Positions 9,803 through 21,000 of a stretch of 64,000 nt of DNA are shown here, one piece after another (the first letter of the stretch is position 1; every line of letters starts with the position of its first letter). Source of the DNA: a virus (Duplodnaviria > Caudoviricetes); IMG/VR virus record IMGVR_UViG_3300028048_000047, positions 32,001 through 96,000 of that record; one strand, written 5' to 3'. Under the pieces are notes generated by a model. The model did no database searches and was not told the DNA's origin. It was given only the letters and a program-made list of their open reading frames with translations. A program made the position numbers and the translations under genes.

Positions 9803-12800
9803 ATGGTTGAAAAATGTCCTGCAAAATATAAAAATTTAAATTATATACAATCATTTAGTGAACAAGGATATGCTACAATTCAGTTAATGCAACAAGCATG
9901 TATGAATGATGAATGGTTAAGACAAAGAGTATTAAAATTAAATTATTTAACACCCCCTGCTGTTCGTAAGTGGTTTAAAAATATGAGTGAATGGGTAAAT
10001 CCTAATGTCAGTTATGGTTATACCTATGATAAAAATGGTAAAATTGTATTTAATAACACAATAGCGAAAACTATAACAGTAGATTTTTATGATGATGATG
10101 ATAAAATTGATAAAACAAATACAACTGCAAAAATAGTAGCATATGATACTAAGAATTTTGGAATAATTTCAGATGTAGATGAGGAAGAAACTGATGTAAC
10201 AAATATGGAAACAAATGATGAATTAGAATATAAAGATTATGATAGTGAAGGAGGGTTAATATCATTAGATTCAGGAACGGGGGAAATAATAATTGGTGAA
10301 CCTGAGGAACTTGAAAATAGTGAGATAGTACATAGATGTCAATTACCTTATGAAAACGAAGATAATAAAAAAACTTATTCTACAAAATATACAACAAATA
10401 CAATCAGAGGTCAAAAAGCAAAATATAATTTAACAACAAGAACTATAAAAACAAACCAAAGTTGTAATAGTGCATGGTATATTGGGTATAATAAATCTAA
10501 AAAATATCATATTCGTCCTGATTGGATAAATGATTGGAGAGATAAAGAAATTCCAAGTGTTGCTCGTGGACAAACATTTAAAGCAACAGTAACTGGTTGG
10601 TTAGAATCAATAGATTTGAAATTAAAATATAAAGGAACTCATTCAAGTAATTGTGGAAGTCCGTTATATGTACAATTATGGGAAACCAAAAAGGTGTCAA
10701 GAGCGAAAACTATTTGGAATCATAGTACTATGAAAATGGAGTATGTTTATAAAAAAGCGAAGGATAATAAAGGAGATTATGATATAGATAAAGAGGGGGA
10801 ATATGTAGAAGCACCTAAAAAACATGGGAAATATAGAGGAAGGTATAATATTGTAAATGGTAAATATACATTTGCTCCGAATATTGATGGAAAATATGAC
10901 CTTGTAGGTAGAACTTATAAAAAAGTAGAGAAAGGAAAAGGACATTATAGTAAAGTATATGAAAAAGTAATTATGCCAAAATCAACTTATGATAAAACTA
11001 TAACTACAAAGGGTAAAAAAAAGAAATCAACAAGAGCAACAATTTATAAACCATTAGCACAAGCAGTTTATGACCCTTCAAGAATGAAAGAATTTGATTT
11101 AGTAAATATTAAATTTGATAAAGAATATAGAGTGAAAAAAGGACATTCTTATTTTATTGCATTATTCAGTCCATTATCAGAGTACTCACATTGTCCAATG
11201 TGGGGAGGATGGGGAAGAAATTGTCATAGGGATAAAAAATATGAATATGGAAATGCTTTTTTATCCGAAGATAATGGTAGAACATGGATAAGATATGGGA
11301 GAAATGATGCAAGTGTGAAATATAAGATGGGAAAATATACTCCACAAGATTTTGCATTCCAATGTCATATTAGGACAAAAGATAAAAAAGCAACTATTCC
11401 TGGAACAGAACAAGAAATAAAAAACATTGTCGAAGACCAAATTGATGATGCAAGTGAAAGTAATCCATGTTATTTATATTTAAAACCAATATTGGATAAT
11501 CCAATAAGACAAGTGAGAATAACGGCAGATGATTATGGTGGAAATATTTCCGATATGAGTGAATTTGGTGTTGCAGTTCGTTATGATTTTTCAACAGATA
11601 AAAAACAATGGATAAGAGCAACAAAAGGACAATGGTATGATATTGACCCTAATGAAGATGGAACATATCCTAATTTATTATTTGTTAGAGCGCAATTGTA
11701 TAGAGATGTTACTACAATGGAAGGTGACCATCAGAAGTATTATCTTGACACTCCTCATATTAATAGTATGAGCGTTGATATAATTACACAATTACCAAAA
11801 GAAATGTATGTTCGTACAAATGAATATATTCCTCGTAGTGGAAGTGACATATTAGGAGCAAATATATGGGGTAGATTTTATTCTGATTTTGAATTAGAAC
11901 CCACAGTAGAATGTACTGCTGAAATAATTACTAATGATAAACCAACAGACCATTTTAATATTATTCATGTTGAGAATGTAAAAGAGTATGTGGAAAATAA
12001 AGAGTTAGATGATTCAATAGTTTCTGAATTAAAAGAGGTTATAGAAAAGAATCCTAATAATAAAAATAATGCTTTATGTTCTTATTTGGTTAAACATCAA
12101 AAGGTTATTGAGGAGTTAAAAGAAAAAAATGTTTATATCAAACCTTATGTGATGGGAGATTATGTATATAGAATGTCTTTTAATCCTTATGCTAATGAGG
12201 ATATGAAGATAAGTAAATCTGTTTATGATGATAAAGATTATTATGAAACTTATAAAAAACATAAACTTGGAGGAATACAGTTTAAAAATTATGTTGCTTA
12301 TCCAATTTTGGATTGCGTTTTAACACCTGATGGTAGTACTGCTGACCCTACACCTTATGGAGAATGGTATGATTTTACTTTTGACTATGATAATAATGTG
12401 TTAAGATTTAGAAAAGATGTTCTTGATGAATTACCTGTTGGAGGATTAGATGTAACTTATAATATGGTGTTCTTAGAAGGTTTAACAAAAGAAGAGGTTG
12501 GAGTCCATACAGACCCTGAAACTGGTTTGAAAGAAGAAGGATTGATTTTAGATTATTTTAAACAAACTTTTTATATTGATTCAACTCATGTTGAGTCAAG
12601 GAGAGTTAAACTTCGTGCATCACCAGTAGACCCTATTCGTGAAGTTGTTTTAAATCGTGATACTGAAAATGAACAAGAATTATATGAGGATTTTGATTAT
12701 GAAGTTGATGTTGAGTCAAGTGAGTTGATTTTCAAAGCAAGTAATGCTAATGGTACTTCAAGTATTTTAAGTCAAGGGGATAAATTGGAAGTAGTTTATA

Positions 12801-12907
12801 CTCCTGATTTAGAAGCTAATGGACTTAGTGTGGGGTATTGGGTTAAAAGAACCAATACTGATAAGACAGTTCGTATTGGTGAAAGTTATTGGGAATATAA
12901 AGTATAA
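9803..12907 (+). CDS. Large virion structural (baseplate/tail) protein
   Basis: 1034 aa; ARGQTFKA..G.L.SIDL motif seen in phage structural proteins; Lys/Gly/Tyr-rich insert. Confidence 0.55.
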   Translation: MVEKCPAKYKNLNYIQSFSEQGYATIQLMQQACMNDEWLRQRVLKLNYLTPPAVRKWFKNMSEWVNPNVSYGYTYDKNGKIVFNNTIAKTITVDFYDDDDKIDKTNTTAKIVAYDTKNFGIISDVDEEETDVTNMETNDELEYKDYDSEGGLISLDSGTGEIIIGEPEELENSEIVHRCQLPYENEDNKKTYSTKYTTNTIRGQKAKYNLTTRTIKTNQSCNSAWYIGYNKSKKYHIRPDWINDWRDKEIPSVARGQTFKATVTGWLESIDLKLKYKGTHSSNCGSPLYVQLWETKKVSRAKTIWNHSTMKMEYVYKKAKDNKGDYDIDKEGEYVEAPKKHGKYRGRYNIVNGKYTFAPNIDGKYDLVGRTYKKVEKGKGHYSKVYEKVIMPKSTYDKTITTKGKKKKSTRATIYKPLAQAVYDPSRMKEFDLVNIKFDKEYRVKKGHSYFIALFSPLSEYSHCPMWGGWGRNCHRDKKYEYGNAFLSEDNGRTWIRYGRNDASVKYKMGKYTPQDFAFQCHIRTKDKKATIPGTEQEIKNIVEDQIDDASESNPCYLYLKPILDNPIRQVRITADDYGGNISDMSEFGVAVRYDFSTDKKQWIRATKGQWYDIDPNEDGTYPNLLFVRAQLYRDVTTMEGDHQKYYLDTPHINSMSVDIITQLPKEMYVRTNEYIPRSGSDILGANIWGRFYSDFELEPTVECTAEIITNDKPTDHFNIIHVENVKEYVENKELDDSIVSELKEVIEKNPNNKNNALCSYLVKHQKVIEELKEKNVYIKPYVMGDYVYRMSFNPYANEDMKISKSVYDDKDYYETYKKHKLGGIQFKNYVAYPILDCVLTPDGSTADPTPYGEWYDFTFDYDNNVLRFRKDVLDELPVGGLDVTYNMVFLEGLTKEEVGVHTDPETGLKEEGLILDYFKQTFYIDSTHVESRRVKLRASPVDPIREVVLNRDTENEQELYEDFDYEVDVESSELIFKASNANGTSSILSQGDKLEVVYTPDLEANGLSVGYWVKRTNTDKTVRIGESYWEYKV

Positions 12908-12929
12908 TATTAATGAATGGTGGTTTTTT

Positions 12930-13991
12930 ATGGTTAATAATGATGATGAATTGGGAATAACAGTACAGAATTCCCCAATTCCTGACCAAGTCGGAGGAGA
13001 AAATAATAGTAACAATCAAAATCAAGAAGATAATGGACAAGACCCTAATACTCGTTTTGTAACAAATGTATTATATGAAAATAATGGTTCTGTTTATGGT
13101 TTTGAAATATTATTGTTTGATACTTCTAATAAAAAAATTAAAAGTATTATGGTTGTTGATGAAACTGATTTTGATAGTTGGACTGAAATGATTTCCATGT
13201 TGAAAGATGCTTATGCTGTTTATACTGAACAAGATGCTTCAAATTTAGAATTAATCAAAGTTGAAAAAGCAAAAATTGGGGAGAAAGGTTATAAATCTAA
13301 TCCTGATGAAGTATATACTGTTGAAGATTATGAAAATTTTATAAAGGAATTAGAATGGTCTTCTTTGAAAGAGTTAGGTTCATTGGAGGATATTTTAAAG
13401 AATTCTTATAATGCAACTATTAATAATTATCCCGTAGAGATTAATGCCACAAAATTTATGGGAATGACATCAGATGAGTTTAGTAAAGCAGGTCATTCAC
13501 ATAATTTCGCAGAAAAATTACATTCTTCCACAGAAAATGAGTATGGTTTAGGAAATGATGTGGTTTATGGTCATGTTAAAGTGATTAATAATCTTAATAC
13601 AAATGAATATCATGCAGGAGAATCTTTGTCCTCTTATCAAGGAGCAGTATTGAATAATAGGGTTAATAAGCTTGAAACTAAGGAAGCATGGTCAAAAGTT
13701 ATTAGTAAAGAAAATGGGGTTCTCAAATATAGGGTACTTGAAGACTTACGATTGATAGTTTGTACATATAATCGGACAGAATATACTGGTTTAAAAGATA
13801 AAACGGGTACACACCCATTACATAAGAAAGGCACTATTGATGAGAAGTATGCTCCTTCATCAAGAGTAACTACTCCTTTGTATAGGGGAGATGTTGTTAT
13901 TTCATTTAATAGGGACGGAAGTATTAATATTCATAATTTAACTAAAATTAATAAGATAAATATTCAGTTCCAAGTATTATGGCATTATTAA
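12930..13991 (+). CDS. Tail fibre protein with C-terminal receptor-binding-like domain
   Basis: H.S...YG.G...YGHVK fibre repeat; ATG 12930 preferred because the longer call overlaps the upstream gene. Confidence 0.6.
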   Translation: MVNNDDELGITVQNSPIPDQVGGENNSNNQNQEDNGQDPNTRFVTNVLYENNGSVYGFEILLFDTSNKKIKSIMVVDETDFDSWTEMISMLKDAYAVYTEQDASNLELIKVEKAKIGEKGYKSNPDEVYTVEDYENFIKELEWSSLKELGSLEDILKNSYNATINNYPVEINATKFMGMTSDEFSKAGHSHNFAEKLHSSTENEYGLGNDVVYGHVKVINNLNTNEYHAGESLSSYQGAVLNNRVNKLETKEAWSKVISKENGVLKYRVLEDLRLIVCTYNRTEYTGLKDKTGTHPLHKKGTIDEKYAPSSRVTTPLYRGDVVISFNRDGSINIHNLTKINKINIQFQVLWHY

Positions 13992-14024
13992 GTTCATATT
14001 ATATTTTTTTTTATGAGGTGGTTA

Positions 14025-14174
14025 ATGTATAAAAAGAAGTTAGTATTGGAAGATGGATTTTGTGATGAGTGTTGTTATGATAATAATCCTCGTCCTGAAT
14101 TGAATTGTAAAAAAGTCAAATGTTGTTACTTAGTAGATGACAATTGTATTCTATATGAGTATTCAACATCATAG
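14025..14174 (+). CDS. 49-aa Cys-rich microprotein (7 Cys), not in ORF track
   Basis: GAGGTG RBS then ATG; MYKKKLVLEDGFCDECCYDNNPRPELNCKKVKCCYLVDDNCILYEYSTS. Confidence 0.6.
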   Translation: MYKKKLVLEDGFCDECCYDNNPRPELNCKKVKCCYLVDDNCILYEYSTS

Positions 14175-14332
14175 AAGAAAGTGATAAGTTATTAAAGAAT
14201 AAACAGGTTTTAATTTAAAAAAAAGGTATGGATTTTTTTAGTATTGCAAATGATTCTAAAAAATATTTTAGTTGATGCAATTAAAAAGAATTTTTTTGGA
14301 AATATTTGAATTTTTTTAAAAAATAGTGTTTG

Positions 14333-14490
14333 TGAAAAAAAGATATGATATGAAAATAGGCTTTGTGGAGTTTTGAATTGATTTTATTTTTTTTTAGTGA
14401 ATAATGAGAGATATTCACAAAAAAATTAATAAAAAATGATTTTCTTCATTTCCACAAAGGTTTATTCAGATTATGTAATCTTTTTTTTCA
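14333..14490 (+). ncRNA. Long imperfect rod-like hairpin (structured intergenic RNA or 5' leader candidate)
   Basis: Nested complementary arms TGAAAAAAAGAT/ATCTTTTTTTTCA, CTTTGTGGA/TCCACAAAG, GTGAATA/TATTCAC with G-U pairs. Confidence 0.5.
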
Positions 14491-14577
14491 TGTAAAAAAA
14501 ATAATGGTGGATTTTTTTATAAAAAAATGGAATGGATTTTAGTTTATTATAAGGAAAAATTAAAGGATTGATATTCT

Positions 14578-15426
14578 GTGAATGTTTTAGAATTTGAAGT
14601 TCATAATCAAATTTTAACAAGAATTGACTCCCAAGATGTTATGAACAAAAATAAAAATGTTTATAAATGTCGTTTCACATTTGAAGAGGATAGTGATTGG
14701 ATTGATGCCAATAAATTTGTTATCTTCAAAGATGGTTGGGGTAACTCCTCAACAGTACATCTTGGAAAAGATGGTGATGTTTTAGCGTGTCTTGTTCCGA
14801 AGGAAGTTCTAAGAGGGAGTTATTTCCAAGTATCAATTTATGCAGGTGATTTAATCACCACCAATAATGTGTCTGTTGCATTAATTCAATCAGGATATGT
14901 TGAAAAAAGACATTCATGCCATCCTCATGGACATTATCCTTATGATAAACCTTATCCTCATTTACATCATCCTCATCATCATAGTCATAATCATTGTCAT
15001 GATAAGGAAGATATTTTTGTGGAAATCTTTGATAGATTAGATAATTGTGTTGATAGTATTGTTTATGATAATAATACTTTACATTTATTTAGTAAAGATT
15101 CATTAGTAGAATCAATATATTTACCTTTCATTAATGAAGATGAATTTGAGGATTTAGTAAATGATTTATTTAATCAGTTTATTAGTACTGTTGGAACGGT
15201 TACAGAAGAGTCTAATGGGTTAATGAGTTCTGAGGATAAGGTTAAATTAGATAGTGTTGAAGAAGGTGCGAATAAGACTGTTATTGATACTGTTCTTGAT
15301 TTAGATAGTGGTAATGCTATTAGTAATGGTTGTGTAACAGAAGCATTAAATGGGAAGGAAGATTCTTATGATATTGTTGAACGAATAGATGATTTAATCA
15401 TCAATTTAATTAATGAAGGAGATTAA
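14578..15426 (+). CDS. BppU-like (baseplate upper/fibre adaptor) protein with His-rich insert
   Basis: F.V..Q.L.R.D...F.F...W...C.VP.EVL N-terminus; GLMS.EDK.KLD fibre repeat. Confidence 0.55.
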   Translation: MNVLEFEVHNQILTRIDSQDVMNKNKNVYKCRFTFEEDSDWIDANKFVIFKDGWGNSSTVHLGKDGDVLACLVPKEVLRGSYFQVSIYAGDLITTNNVSVALIQSGYVEKRHSCHPHGHYPYDKPYPHLHHPHHHSHNHCHDKEDIFVEIFDRLDNCVDSIVYDNNTLHLFSKDSLVESIYLPFINEDEFEDLVNDLFNQFISTVGTVTEESNGLMSSEDKVKLDSVEEGANKTVIDTVLDLDSGNAISNGCVTEALNGKEDSYDIVERIDDLIINLINEGD

Positions 15427-15431
15427 AAAAA

Positions 15432-16424
15432 ATGGCTACATTAGAGCAATTATATGGACATTTAAAGACTTTAAATAAACAATGGTTTTATGAAAAATCA
15501 GAAATAGATGAACTTTTAAGTGATGTAGTAAGAGATACAGACATCAAAGATGTGATTAGAACATCACAAACCTCAGGTTTAGTGAAAAACGATGGTACTA
15601 TTGACACTACTGTTTACGCTACTGATTCTGATTTAGATGATTTATCTAAGGATGTTACAAATAATTATATTGCAAAATCACAAACCTCTGGTTTAGTGAA
15701 AAACGATGGTACTATTGACACTACAACCTATTTAAGTGAACATCAAGATATAAGTGGTAAAGCAAATATTGCAGATTTACATACTGTTGCTACAAGTGGT
15801 TCTTATACTGATTTAGAGAACATACCATCAACTTTTGCACCTACTGCACATGAGCATAATGCAAGTGAAGTTAAAGACTCCAATGCTTATTCCAATTTAA
15901 ACACAACTGCCAATGCAACTCAATCTGCTATCAACTATGCTATTGATTCAAAAATTGGAGCATTGTTAAGTGTTGAATATCAAACTATTGTACCAAGTTT
16001 ACCAACTGCTTCCGCAGACACAATGAACAAGTTTTATCTTGTTGCAGAATCAACATCTAAACCCAATGATGAATATGAAATTTTCATTACTGTAAAAGAT
16101 GGTAATGATTATGATTGGGAGAAAGTAGATACTGCTCGTATTGATTTAACTGGATATTCTGAAATTGACCATGTTCATGGAAATCTTACAAATGATGGTA
16201 AAATAGGAACTAATGCTAATTACTTTGTTTACACTACTACTGGTGGAGCTGTAACAAGTAAAGCAACTATTGGTAATATTACTACTGATGGTACTATTGG
16301 TACTGATAATGGTAAAGTACTTGTTACTGGTACTAATGGAGTTATTACCACAAGTGATACTGTTACCGAAATGGATTCTACTATTCAAGCATTAATTGCT
16401 TATGGTAGTAATTTAAACAGTTAA
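15432..16424 (+). CDS. Tail fibre protein
   Basis: VATSGSY.DL, H.HG, GLVKNDGTIDTT x2 repeats. Confidence 0.7.
   Translation: MATLEQLYGHLKTLNKQWFYEKSEIDELLSDVVRDTDIKDVIRTSQTSGLVKNDGTIDTTVYATDSDLDDLSKDVTNNYIAKSQTSGLVKNDGTIDTTTYLSEHQDISGKANIADLHTVATSGSYTDLENIPSTFAPTAHEHNASEVKDSNAYSNLNTTANATQSAINYAIDSKIGALLSVEYQTIVPSLPTASADTMNKFYLVAESTSKPNDEYEIFITVKDGNDYDWEKVDTARIDLTGYSEIDHVHGNLTNDGKIGTNANYFVYTTTGGAVTSKATIGNITTDGTIGTDNGKVLVTGTNGVITTSDTVTEMDSTIQALIAYGSNLNS
15563..15724 (+). repeat. 48-bp direct repeat (15563-15610, 15677-15724; 1 mismatch) inside a fibre gene
   Basis: ATCACAAACCTC(A/T)GGTTTAGTGAAAAACGATGGTACTATTGACACTAC twice. Confidence 0.9.
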
Positions 16425-16463
16425 GTTTTTTATAAAAGAAAAACTGTGTTGTTGAATGAAAAG

Positions 16464-16505
16464 AGGATAAATTAATAATCTTTTTTTTATCCTTTACTTT
16501 TTTTT
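16464..16505 (+). terminator. Hairpin followed by poly-T
   Basis: AGGATAAA...TTTATCCT followed by a T-run. Confidence 0.5.
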
Positions 16506-16554
16506 ATATTTTTTTTTTCATAAGTATTAAATAATATATGGAGGTGTATAATAT

Positions 16555-16983
16555 TTGACTTCAATAGGTAATTTATTTGAACATTTTATGAATCTTGTTA
16601 ATTTGAAATTTTTTACAAAAGCAGAATGTGATGAAAGATATATTAAAAAAGAAGGAATTAATGTTGTTTTAAGTGAAGATGGTTTGTTACATTTTATTTT
16701 TGGTGATGTTGAATTTGTATTGACAGTAGGAAGAACAGTTTATAAAATAGGGGAGGCAGTTTTGTTTTCCGTGATTTTTTATGATGATGAAGATGAACCT
16801 TTAAAGAATGTTAATCTAATTTTTAGAGATGTGGATAATGATGAGGTTATTGGTTCTGGTGTAACTAATGGCAGTGGTATTGCTATTTTTGAGTATCAAG
16901 TTAATGAAAGTGGGTCTTTAAAGGTTAGATGTGAAAATGGAAGTTTAGTTTCTAATACAGTTAGTTTAACTTTTGAGGAATAA
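16555..16983 (+). CDS. Ig-like domain virion protein
   Basis: PLKNVNL.F...GVTNGSGIA.FEY Big-like pattern; GGAGGTG RBS. Confidence 0.55.
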   Translation: MTSIGNLFEHFMNLVNLKFFTKAECDERYIKKEGINVVLSEDGLLHFIFGDVEFVLTVGRTVYKIGEAVLFSVIFYDDEDEPLKNVNLIFRDVDNDEVIGSGVTNGSGIAIFEYQVNESGSLKVRCENGSLVSNTVSLTFEE

Positions 16984-17015
16984 TTAATATAATATGTTGG
17001 TGGAGTGTTGAGATT

Positions 17016-18026
17016 ATGAGTAGTATTAGTCTTGATGAGTATATTAGGGCGAGGGCTTATTATAAGAATGAAACTTATACTCAAATGGAAGTGATGAATG
17101 CTATTAGTAGTTATCCTTTGGTTAAAATTGTTAGAGAGTTACCTACGGATGATATTATTGATAATCAATTGTATTTAGTGGTTAATGATGCGAATTTACC
17201 TAATGAGAAGATGAATAAGTATGATTTGTTTATTCATTTGGAAGATGGTTGGGAACAAGTTGATAGTTTAGAGTTTAATATTGAGGATTATCCCACTAAA
17301 ACTGAATTAGATTATGAGTTGGGTTTGAAAGCAGATATTAATCATGGACATGATAATGTTGATGTGAGTAGGCAATCTGATGGTTTTATAAGTTGGGAAC
17401 AACAAAAAAAATTAAATACTGTTGAAGAGGGGGCTAATAAAACAATTATAGACTCAACACCAACACAGAATAGTAATAATGCTGTTACAAGTGGTAGTGT
17501 GTATCAAAAATTATCTGAGAAAGCACCGAATAATCATAGGAGTAAAAATAATACTTATGGTGTATCCGATTATGAATATTATGGACATAGTAAATCAGGG
17601 ATAACTGTACCCCCAATGAATACAGCTACTGGTAGTGTGGGTACGGATAATGGATTATATGCACGAGCAGACCATACTCACCCAACTGATACATCACGAG
17701 CAAGTAATAGTTCTGCAACAAGAGCGAGTGCAGGTTTAATGAGTGCATCGGATAAAATTAAATTAGATGATATAATTATTGATGATAATTTAACTAATAA
17801 TAATCATTTAACAAAGAATAGTGGAGTTAAAAGTTATGTTGATAATGCGTTAGAAGAGTATCATCCAGTAACTGTGGATAGTAGTGTTACAAGTGGTTCT
17901 GATAATCCTGTTTCAAGTAAAGGGATTAAAAATTATGTGGATAATGCTGTTGGTAGTATTCATATTGATGGTGATGATTTAATCGAAAAATTAAATACTT
18001 TAATAACAAATATGAGGAGTTTATAA
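17016..18026 (+). CDS. Tail fibre protein
   Basis: YARADHTHPTDTSRA, GLMS..DK.KLD, NPV modules. Confidence 0.7.
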   Translation: MSSISLDEYIRARAYYKNETYTQMEVMNAISSYPLVKIVRELPTDDIIDNQLYLVVNDANLPNEKMNKYDLFIHLEDGWEQVDSLEFNIEDYPTKTELDYELGLKADINHGHDNVDVSRQSDGFISWEQQKKLNTVEEGANKTIIDSTPTQNSNNAVTSGSVYQKLSEKAPNNHRSKNNTYGVSDYEYYGHSKSGITVPPMNTATGSVGTDNGLYARADHTHPTDTSRASNSSATRASAGLMSASDKIKLDDIIIDDNLTNNNHLTKNSGVKSYVDNALEEYHPVTVDSSVTSGSDNPVSSKGIKNYVDNAVGSIHIDGDDLIEKLNTLITNMRSL

Positions 18027-18029
18027 ATA

Positions 18030-21000
18030 ATGTCAAATTCAATAAATCTTAAAGAGTTCATAGAACGAATAAGTTATAATAAAAGTCAAACATATACCAA
18101 AGAAGAAGTTTTACAAGAATTAGCGAAAATTCAATTGTTAAGTATTGTAGATACATTACCAACTGAAAATATTCCGTCAAATAAAATATTTTTAGTATTG
18201 AATAATGAAGAAATTGAGGGAAATAAATATGATTTATTTGTTTATGTGAATAATAAATGGGAACAAATTGATAGTCTTGAATTTAATATTGAGGATTATC
18301 CTACTAAAAATGAATTGGAGTATGAATTATCTTTAAAAGCAGATATTAATCATGGACATGATAATGTTACTACTTCATTAGATGGATTTATGAGTAAGGA
18401 AGATAAATCTAAGTTGAATGGTATTGAGAATCAAGCAACAAGGAATCTTCCAAGTGATGATAATCCATTAATGGATGGTACTGCAAGTTCAGGTACTGGT
18501 AAAGATTATAGTAGAAAAGACCATGTCCACCCAACAGATACATCAAGAGCAAGTAGTACTCATGTTCATGGTAATATTACTAATGATGGTAAAATAGGTT
18601 CAACTGCAAATAAACCATTAATAACCACAACAAGTGGTAGTGTAACAACTGGGAATTTTGAAACAAGCACAAATAATATTAAAATGGACGGTACAGTTAA
18701 TGTAGGTTCAAGTAATAATTTCGCAAGAAGCGACCATGTTCACCCAACAGATACCAGTAGAGCATCAACAGATACTGCAACAAGTAGTAAAAATGGTTTA
18801 ATGAGCAAAGAAGATAAAAGTAAATTAGATGGTGTTGAAGATGAAGCGAATAATTACATTCACCCATCATATACTGCGAAAACTAATGGTTTATATAAAG
18901 TAACTGTTGATAATACTGGACATATTAGTGGAACAAATACTGTATCTGGCTCTGATTTACCATCACACAATCATGATACAGGTGATATGAAAGATACAAG
19001 TGCTTATGGGAATATAGGTTCATCTGCTAATGCAACACAGAAAACAATTAATAATAATATAAATACTAAATTAGGTCAAAAAGCAAATAGTAGTGATGTG
19101 TATACTAAATCACAAACAATGACCAGTACAGAAATTGGTCAAGCAATTGCAGATGGAGTGTCAAATGTTGAAATATTTGAAGTAGTTACCACATTACCCA
19201 CAAGTAATATTAAAGGTAATAAATTTTATCTTGTACCGAATGGGGAAAATATAGATGGTAATGTATATGATGTTAATATATATGTGAACAATAAATGGGA
19301 AACTATTGATAAATTAGAATTCGATATAAGTAATTATCCAACAACAACACAAGTCAATAGTTTACTTGAAGGCAAAGTTGATAAAACAGATAGTAGATTA
19401 ACAGACTCCCGTACACCAAAAAGTCATACTCATGGAAACATAACAAATACTGGTGCAATAGGAAGTACAAGTGGAAAAATAGTAACCACAGGAACAAATG
19501 GAGTATTAACAACAAGTGATACAATAACCAAATCACAAATAAGTGACTTCCCATCAACCATGACACCATCAAGTCATACTCATGGAGCAGTTCAAAACAA
19601 AGGTACTTTAAATAGTGATACAACCAGTACAAATAAAGTAGTGGTAACAGACAGTAGTAATAATATAAAAACAATAAGTAAACTACCATTAGACAAAGTA
19701 ACCCATCAAGACATAAGTGGAAAAGCAAGTAACACACACACTCATGGAAGTATAGCAAATAATGGAACATTAAATAGTGATACAACCACAGTAGGAAAAG
19801 TAGTAGTAACCGATGGTTCAAATAATATTAAAACCATTAGCAAATTACCAAGTGCAAATGTAACACACCAAGACATATCAGGTAAAGCACCAAATAACCA
19901 TAAATCAACAGCAACAACTTATGGTGTAGGAGATGCAAGTAATTATGGGCATGTAAAAGTTGATAGTAGTATGAATGCTACCTCAACCAATCCAGTACAA
20001 AATAAAGTAGTGAAAGATTATATTGATGAACAAGTAGGAGATATAGTAAGTGGAGATGTAGATTTATCAAATACACACAACCATGATGATAGATATGTGG
20101 GTAAAACAGATTCTCGTTTAACAGATGCAAGAACACCAAAATTTAATAATATTCCATCTACAAGTACTTCTCCTGCTGATTTAAATACTTATCGTACTGG
20201 TGGATTTTATTATTGTTGTTGTGATGCTAACAATGCAAAATATGCTTTAAATTGCCCAAAATCAGGTAATGATAATAAATCTTTCTTCTTATTGGTTGAA
20301 ACATGGGGGCAAGGAGATAATAATAGTTATGTAAAACAAACACTTACTTATTATGATACTAATGAAACATATATTCGTATTTGTTCAGGAAATAATTGGA
20401 ATAAATGGAAATTAGTTGGTGACACAACAGAGTATATTGTTGGTACTCAAACTGCAAGTACAAGTGCTTGGACTGGAAAATCAAATAAAATACATAGTTT
20501 AAGTGATGGACAAATAATTTATTATAAATTACCTTATGCTTCCACTTCAACTGCGGTTACATTAAACTTAACATTAGCCGATGGAACAACAACTGGTGCA
20601 AAAGAAGTATGGTTTTGGAATGGTCAAAGATTAACTACTCATTATGGGGTTAATAGTGTTGTAGGTTTAATTTATAATGGTAGTCAATGGTGGGTAATTA
20701 ATCCATCAAGTAATGGTAATAATAATAATTATTATCTTTTACAAGGAGTTACTATTACTAATGGGGATACTACTGATTTTACTGGTGGGAATATTGTTGG
20801 TGCTAAAAAAGATGGTAAGTATTATAAATTAGTGAATGGTCTTGTATTAGATGTTAGTTATCCATTGGTTGAAGCGAATGGTACTATAAATGCAAATACA
20901 ACTTCTAATAATATCCAATTAGTTAATCCGTTTTTATCAATAGCAAATATAGGTATGACTACTGGTACAATTACAGTTAATTATCCATTATATTTAGAGG

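Noticed and set aside
17262-18368. Similar ~100-bp segments in two fibre genes as a DGR template/variable repeat pair
   Set aside because: Mismatches are not adenine-specific, both copies are coding, and there is no reverse transcriptase in the window.
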